Shown: positions 42,601 to 64,000 of the stretch, one piece after another
How the letters are laid out: the number at the start of each line of letters is the position of its first letter
Numbering within the stretch: position 1 is the first letter of the stretch
Origin: Styela clava
Lineage: Eukaryota
Reading direction: 5' to 3'
Length of the DNA: 64,000 nt
Assembly (NCBI RefSeq): GCF_964204865.1
Contig: NC_135251.1
Coordinates: 12,152,001 to 12,216,000, forward strand
Made by a program: the position numbers and the translations under genes
Notes under the pieces: model-generated
The model's input: the letters and a program-made list of their open reading frames with translations, nothing else
Told to the model about the DNA's origin: nothing
The model's database searches: none

Positions 42601-45272
42601 TGCATGGAAGACGATTACTATTTCGAGGTTTGTTACATTAGTTGATATATATGTATTATGGAAATATATTGTTAGGGAGAATTTATTCCTGCTCATTGTC
42701 TCAACACTGTAGCCCAAATTGAACAAGATTTAAATTACGTTTAAATTAAGTTTGGTATCCTATTTGTCCACGGCGACACTCGCAGACTATAGACACTCTC
42801 AGGCATTTATTTAATAGACAGACAGACAGACAGACAGAGCTGGTAATTTCATCTCAATGCAACATCATTTATTTCATTATGTTTTTCTTCAGCATGGAGA
42901 ATCTAGAACCGATTCTGAGTGTACAAGCCGTTGTACTTGTATTTATGGAGATTGGGATTGTGAAGACATCAAATGCAACGACGACCAAATGTGCGAATTG
43001 TTCAATGGAGCTCATGACTGCTACTGGAAAGGTAATAATTGTATTTGTGCAGTCAAATTTATGTGTCGCTTATGGGAAAAATGTTAAAACATTAGGGGTC
43101 AAAGTTTAAACTCAATCCAAATTTGTTACCTCCTGTTCAAATTTTAACCGATTGGATAGTATCAGCTTTCGTTCTACTGAAAATAAATTGGAAAATGTTC
43201 ATGAATCTAAAATACAACTTGGATTAACATTTTTTTGAAACAATATTTCAAATATTTTACGTTTCTATGGAACCGATAGTCACAATCTGTCAAAAATGAG
43301 CTTTTCGAATCACTTATTCAAAGTTCCACTCTACCTATATGCTATGAGGTAGAGAAATTTCCCCACAGACTTTGGCCTACTTCGCTGTCGAAGTTATCCT
43401 AGCTGCATGCGAGCATTTTGATCCAGCTCGATTGGTTCATTTGGAGGAAGGATTGATATTAAGCTAAAAAGTCGGAGATTTCAATTATACATTATTTTAA
43501 TCATACATAATTTTTTTAGACAAATGCAAGTACGACAACGGTGGGTGTGAAGATTCCTGCGAATCGATTGACAACGTTGCTTATTGTACTTGCTACCCTG
43601 GACGCATTTTAACTTGGGATAACAGAACATGCGTCGGTATTTCACCAAGTGAGGCTTTCTTGTTAATTTTCGAATATAAAAATCATCTTTATTAACTTGG
43701 TCTCTCATAAAATATTTTGATCAAGTATATAGATTGTAGACATTAATTGAAGCAAAGTGATACAATCTCTGCGCAGCGTTTTGCTTTTCATTGGACACGA
43801 AGTTGATCTACAGATCGTGCATTACCCGCTTGATTTATTACATACTACTTTCTGAGTCAGATACGAGACATTGATTAATAATTTCCGCCAATCTTAGTTG
43901 TGTTTATTTTAACAGGTTTCTTTGGAGAAGGCAAGAACAAATGTGACACTGAATTTAACGTTTGGAGACAGGAATTTTACAACTGGAAGAACACATATTT
44001 GTCGGCATGGGTGGAAGAACTGGAAGCCTACAAAGAATATGTTAAATCGGGAATTGTTTCAGATGGTAAATAAACACTAAACCTATACACATTTTTCATG
44101 TTTCCTTTTTGCTATTTCAATGAGTTGTTTTTGTTATTACTAGTGGGTTTGTACATTCGATGTACTGTATATGCAAATCCACAGTTTTAAAATTATAGCA
44201 AAAACATAAATATTAATTTAAATTGGCAGGAAAAAATATTGTTGCAAATGTAATTTGGTTGTAAACAAAAGTTTTACATAATTTTGAGCGTCATCGGCAC
44301 TCAACACAGTGCAGACCATATAATCTGACCAATTATCACCATTTACTTAATTTCACTGGTAAACATCATTTATTGTGTCAACTGATTCAAAAGCTTTTAT
44401 TTACAGTGATTCGAATTAAACTACAGTCTTGTCGTGAGCTTGTATTTTACTTTGCGGGCCTGCTTAAACTGCAACCCATAAAATACTATTCTCTATTGGG
44501 TGCTCCCGTAGTACGTGTACCAAGATGGCGCACAACCTGAATACAGTATGTGTACTAGGTTAGGCTTCAGGTTGTTCTTCATATTGGTACACATATTCCT
44601 GGAGCATCCTTTATTGTACCAAGGAGCTTGGTATATAATCATATATGTTCAGGACAGTCATTCAATTCAAAGGTACAACCATTCATATTTCAAATTATCA
44701 CGCTTGGCAAACTATACAATATTATTTGGGTTCAGGTCGAAGTTAACGCTTGTTATTAGTTTAATTTCTTATTTTTCATTCAGCTATGAATCTTTGCCGA
44801 TATTCGTGGACAAAATGGTATGACATTGACGATCCAGAAGGGCAGGGAGATGAAGAGAAATTAGAATATCTGAAGCGAGAATATCCTGAAATTTGTGACA
44901 AACCCATTGCTGGAGAAGGAAGAATGGCCAACGAAAAGTAAGCACTCGATATTTTGTTTTGTTTTCGATTTTTTCAGTTTTAAAACAATTCTTCCTGAAT
45001 TTAATTTGAAATGGCAAGGCTATGTAAAGTAATTATATTCTAATTTTATTCTCTCGAAAAGGTTTTTTAATTTTTTTTTTAAATTTATTCATTTTCCTAT
45101 TTATTCACTCCATCACAGGAAAATCGGAACCGCAATAGCTAACTTTTCGGTGGATCATACGGGATTGATCTGTAAAAATGCTGATCAAGAAAAAGGAAAG
45201 AAATGTCCTGATTTCGCAGTCAGATTCCTATGTCCGGTTAAAGAAGATAATGAAGCTCCAAGATGCGGTTGA
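10780..45272 (+). CDS. Gene 1: secreted VWA7-like VWA / CCP / 3x(VWD-C8-TIL) / EGF / WxxW protein (FCGBP/zonadhesin-like), about 2073 aa, 42 coding exons
   Basis: Hand-spliced exons: 10780-10839,11506-11681,12412-12647,13083-13271,13711-13849,15084-15174,15884-16054,16907-17024,17505-17634,18272-18366,18454-18632,21303-21443,22118-22212,23387-23555,26678-26855,27201-27340,27959-28066,28753-28924,30268-30385,31207-31351,31524-31653,32123-32233,32344-32435,32872-33013,33543-33796,33908-34087,35954-36111,36573-36717,37092-37258,37748-38012,38441-38538,39305-39464,39921-40042,40445-40606,41177-41451,42246-42350,42536-42627,42893-43031,43520-43636,43916-44065,44784-44937,45119-45272. All introns are GT-AG and the phases are consistent. 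Total 6222 nt open from ATG ([20 protein letters not shown], signal peptide) to TGA at 45270-45272. Confidence 0.88.
11000..11253. repeat. Tandem duplication, two copies of about 125 bp
   Basis: TTCACGAA...AAAATTCGATTCGTTATT...ACTCGCAAAGTGCCAATC...AAATCAATGA occurs twice. Confidence 0.75.
13083..16054 (+). CDS. Gene 1 exons 4-7: VWA7/hemicentin-type von Willebrand A domain
   Basis: [17 protein letters not shown]...[13 protein letters not shown]...GGGGNEPE...[10 protein letters not shown]...RKKR...[13 protein letters not shown] follows the VWA7/hemicentin VWA pattern (DTTGS, PFxDP, GGGDxPE, FTDA). Confidence 0.92.
13404..13603. repeat. Family A copy
   Basis: GACGCTCTAGCAGTGTGTGTACCAATATGGAGG...CTGGTACACACTATAACGGGAGTACC. 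Confidence 0.8.
14556..15015. mobile_element. hAT-type MITE, intact
   Basis: Perfect TIR CAGGGGTCGGCAACCT...AGGTTGCCGACCCCTG, flanked by an identical 8-bp TSD CTCTAAAG (14548-14555 and 15016-15023); GGCCCG subterminal motifs. Confidence 0.92.
16659..16851. repeat. Family A copy
   Basis: GGCGCTCCAGCAATGTGTGTACCAATAT...CCTAACCTTAACCTGGTACACAC. Confidence 0.8.
16907..23555 (+). CDS. Gene 1 exons 8-14: beta-rich (Ig-like) domains after the VWA, as in VWA7
   Basis: In-frame GT-AG exons with alternating hydrophobic beta-strand pattern ([14 protein letters not shown]; [11 protein letters not shown]; [11 protein letters not shown]). Confidence 0.75.
17099..17468. mobile_element. Decayed hAT-like MITE
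   Basis: CAAGGGTGTGCAACT...AGTTTGCACAACTCTG with GCGGGCC repeats; related fragment at about 27540-27752. Confidence 0.5.
22247..22440. repeat. Tandem duplication, two copies of about 108 bp
   Basis: AAATTATACCACGTA.ATTTTTAAC.TGCTA...GAGGTAT.TATA...GTTTT.AAA occurs twice. Confidence 0.7.
26678..26855 (+). CDS. Gene 1 exon 15: CCP/sushi domain
   Basis: [56 protein letters not shown] has the CP..P..G, C...G.W.....C sushi pattern (6-Cys variant); missed by the ORF track, which reports another frame. Confidence 0.85.
27201..33013 (+). CDS. Gene 1 exons 16-24: VWD-C8-TIL-TILa unit 1 (GDPH intact)
   Basis: [26 protein letters not shown]; GLCGNYDDD; ECVYDMC; CDWR; CPNTC; CVCNKGF. Confidence 0.93.
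27407..27520. repeat. Family A half copy
   Basis: GGGTACTCGCGTAGTATGTGTACCAGATTAGGGTTAGGCCAT...AGCCAAGTGAA. Confidence 0.75.
33543..38012 (+). CDS. Gene 1 exons 25-30: VWD-C8-TIL-TILa unit 2 (GDPH intact)
   Basis: [26 protein letters not shown]; GGLCGNY; [10 protein letters not shown]; [18 protein letters not shown]. Confidence 0.93.
34309..35899. mobile_element. TIR element (probably hAT) of about 1.6 kb carrying a nested SINE
   Basis: Perfect 17-bp TIR TAGGCTTGCACGTAATT...AATTACGTGCAAGCCTA, CGTAAT subterminal repeats at both ends, imperfect ACCAGGA(T/A) flanks. Confidence 0.8.
34883..35220 (+). mobile_element. tRNA-derived SINE, full length
   Basis: Pol III A box TGGCTCAACGGG (34890) and B box GGTTCGAATCC (34959); 3' (CCTAT)n tail; partial copies at about 6128-6187 (3' end), 41860-41945 (head) and 59824-59955 (minus strand, 3' part). 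Confidence 0.82.
37280..37661. mobile_element. hAT-type MITE (TAGGGCTGGGCA-like ends)
   Basis: TAGGACTGAGC...TGCCCAGGTCTA with TSD CTTATATA/CTTTTATA and ATTCGA subterminal repeats; related decayed copy at about 18911-19255. Confidence 0.65.
38441..43031 (+). CDS. Gene 1 exons 31-38: VWD-C8-TIL-TILa unit 3 (GDPH replaced by GKIH)
   Basis: [27 protein letters not shown]; [10 protein letters not shown]; GPFAACH...[10 protein letters not shown]; [14 protein letters not shown]. Confidence 0.9.
41860..41945 (+). mobile_element. 5' head fragment of the same SINE
   Basis: CGGTGTGGC...GCTAAGCGTTAGGAATACGCTCGCCACCGCA...GCAGGTTCGAA shared with 34883-34966. Confidence 0.75.
43520..43636 (+). CDS. Gene 1 exon 39: EGF-like domain
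   Basis: [38 protein letters not shown], 6-Cys NGGC-type EGF on a symmetric phase 1-1 exon. Confidence 0.9.
44498..44608. repeat. Family A internally deleted copy
   Basis: GGGTGCTCCCGTAGTACGTGTACCAAGATGGCG...CATATTGGTACACATATTCCTGGAGCATCC. Confidence 0.65.
44784..45272 (+). CDS. Gene 1 exons 41-42: C-terminal Mucin2_WxxW/CysD-like (CILP-type) domain and stop
   Basis: [21 protein letters not shown]...EICDKP...GLICKNADQ...[12 protein letters not shown]...RCG*. Confidence 0.88.
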
Positions 45273-46996
45273 AGAATTTAATAGCTATCATACTTCTTTT
45301 TCATAAAAATAGCTTCTTATTCATTGCTACATTTAATTGTGATGAGTCTCTGTAGAACTTAAAATCATATGCTCAAACACTAATTTTTGGAAAATGTATA
45401 TCTTTAGCATTGTGCTATACCTTAATCGTATTTATATAAGAATAAGCTTCAATTCTTAAGTCTACATTAACATTACTAATTATTTAGTGCTCGCCAAGGT
45501 CATCTTTGAAAATTTTGCTTCTCAATTTTGTATATTTAGTGAGTGTAAATGTGTTTAACAATGTCAAATACTCGTAGATGATAACGATAATGGAAACAAC
45601 TCAATTTCTCATCTTCTGATCGTTAATATACCTCACATCAATGTCGGGTTTATTTCTCCAATAAACCCGAAAATTGCATTTTTTGAAGAAAAAACACCTT
45701 TAAATTGAGATGAAATATTTTTCATTTTTTCAACTTATTCCTCGTCTTGAGAAGCAGAATTTGTTTAAATAATCGTTTTATGAAATATGCACCTTATACC
45801 CACCATGTAGTTCTGATTTTTAAATAAATAAATCTGTAGTGTCTTTATATACAATATTTTGTATTAAATTTGGCTTGGTCTAGGTCGTCATCTGTTATAT
45901 TTTCAGAAGCTATAAATCTACCAGGAGCCTATATTTTAATATAGGAATGAATACATGCAAAATGCCTTATCAGGACTAGAGTTATTATTGTTTTGCGAAT
46001 GAGTTGAAAATTAAAATAACTTGGAGAGAAAATTTTAGTTTCACAATAAATTATGTCGTTATATTTGATTTGTGAAACTGATATGTATATAAATATATAC
46101 ATTTCGTTGAAATGCAGTTTTACCGGGTAGCTTTAACTGGGCGAATCCATTTTAATAAGTGAGACTGCACAGTGCCACGCTTAAGAGTCCGAAATAGACT
46201 AGCATATACGAATAGCTTTAAAGATGTTACTGTGGTCAAATATTTAGAATTCCCGACCCGTCACAAACGCAACTTCCGTTCAATAATCGGGAGTACATAT
46301 TTATATAGAAAACTTCCTTGCGTAAACGCGAATAATCCTTAATTGAATATTCGTTAGTGTAAACGAATATACGGTTCGAATCCATTGAAAACAGACAATA
46401 TTATATCGTACTGTACACACGTACGCACGAGAATTTCAAGTCCATGTGATTCAATTTCGCACTGCATAGAGACAGGATTGCCTTTCGGGATTTTTTGAAT
46501 TGTTGTAATTAACGTAGTCTTGTCGGGACATGTCTCCCAGTGTCTTTCATTGAGATTACCACACCTAGACGAACAATGGATAAATCCTCTGAGATGCGTT
46601 AGTCGAGACACAGCCATGTAATTAAACTCAAATTCATAAAATATGATTACGGTATAATTATATCTTGCTGAACTTCATTGGCCACAAAGTTATTGTCAGC
46701 TGTCGTGAGAGCAAGCAAATCTTTGTTGTTGACGCAATAGCAATGGCAATATAATACTTTCTCTTTGAAAAAAAAATCCACATTTTTTTTCATCGAAATA
46801 ATATTATTATTAGATATCGATTTGATTGAAGATGTTGACGACTAACATGCTTTAAAACCTCTCGCATTTCTGAAGTCCTCGCAGATTATTAACAATCGCC
46901 GAAGGAGAATTTTCACGTGAAATACTCAGACGAAAATTTATTAAATATTTAATAAGAAAGTGTTGAATCAATATCGCTGTGGTGGTGTTTGCTGCA

Positions 46997-62968
<15,972 letters not shown>

Positions 62969-63828
62969 GTAATTGTTTGAACAATACAAATTTTAACACC
63001 TATGTAACTTGGGGCTGAAAATATTATAATCTTTTAGATAAAAGTGTACATCTCTCAGACCATAAATATTGCAAGCTGATAATAGGGTAATGTAAGATTA
63101 TCCTCCATATGCTATTAATGGCTGTTTGATAGAGACTTGAGCACTCTCAAAACCGCATTATCTGAAAAAAAGCTATGTGTGAGCAAACATCACAAAACCA
63201 AACTAATTGGGAACAAGGGGGAACAACGTTTGTGGAAAAGGGGCGGAGTGGAATGTACCAGTAGTATTTAAAATATAAGAAGAGAAAGGTCACATGGCGT
63301 TGATAAAAAAAGTTTTGCCAATCAGGGCATAATTTAGTACAGGGGTTCTCAACCCTGATCATGTGGTAGGACAACACGAAACGGAGTCGAAAAGATGGCG
63401 AGCACCGTATCACCAATACCCAGAAGTGATCTATTCATGGACTCGTGCCATAGATCTGTAGTATCACCAATATTTCCGAAAAGATGTTCCAGGACCTTAG
63501 ACTTTCCAGGGGTTCGAAAACCCCCAGGAATTCACGAGAAGATTTACAGGGGTACTTGGATGGCAGTCGAGTTTTTGTGTGTGTGTGTTTTTTTAATATT
63601 CTTTAACAAAGGAAAACTAAGTAACTAGAAGATATAAATGCATGCCAATTGAAACTCAGCGTAGATTTTCCCTGATCTAGCCGTGATTTTGACACAACAA
63701 TGTGAATTGCACAGCTTTTCAGCCAAACTATGAAATCTCAAAAGACAAAGTGATGCGAGTATTGCAGAAAGTGAGAGAACTTGAGACAGATCCCTAGAAT
63801 TCATTAGTTAGGTGGAGGACAAGGACAA

Positions 63829-64000
63829 TAACATCAACACGAATATTTAATTTAGTTAAAGCAGTTGGTCAATAAATTGTCGTTGCAACAAATTGTCAGT
63901 CAATATATCACAACTTTGTTTGGTGTCCGATTACTGGGAGTTAGCGTTGATTGTTTCGTGACTCGGGAAACATCAACACGAATATTTAATTTAGTTAAAG
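63829..64000. repeat. Tandem repeat with about 140-bp period, running off the window
   Basis: AACATCAACACGAATATTTAATTTAGTTAAAG at about 63830 and 63969. Confidence 0.65.

Noticed and set aside
45660-45832. Poly(A) signal of gene 1 (AATAAA at about 45660 and 45823)
   Set aside because: Plausible, but AATAAA is too frequent in this AT-rich DNA to choose one without transcript data

Overview
AT-rich, intron-containing animal genomic DNA, not prokaryotic. An ascidian or other invertebrate deuterostome is my impression only; I cannot show it from the sequence. The ORF track is mostly noise because the real genes are spliced. Manual splicing (all introns GT-AG, phases checked cumulatively) gives two tandem + strand genes for large, probably secreted, FCGBP/zonadhesin/mucin-type proteins. 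Gene 1 (10780-45272, 42 coding exons, 6222 nt, about 2073 aa, complete) reads: signal peptide, shortened VWA7-like helical region, VWA7/hemicentin-type VWA, beta-rich domains, one CCP/sushi, 3x(VWD-C8-TIL-TILa), EGF, Trp-rich helix, WxxW/CysD-like domain. Gene 2 (46997 to beyond 62968, at least 21 exons, runs off the window) has an unrelated head of about 395 aa (HFFGGSM...GCCW...RSDTGVPNSSP...DSDGD...WTP). That head resembles bacterial surface proteins and Dictyostelium Sib-type proteins, and it is followed by a VWD-C8-TIL array paralogous to that of gene 1 with matching intron positions and phases. The main observation is this pair of swapped heads on a shared GDPH self-cleaving stalk. Introns and the first 10 kb carry many non-autonomous elements: hAT MITEs with 8-bp TSDs, a mariner fold-back derivative, a tRNA-derived SINE, a multi-copy TTAGGG-containing MITE family, Helentron/HINE-like elements and short tandem duplications.
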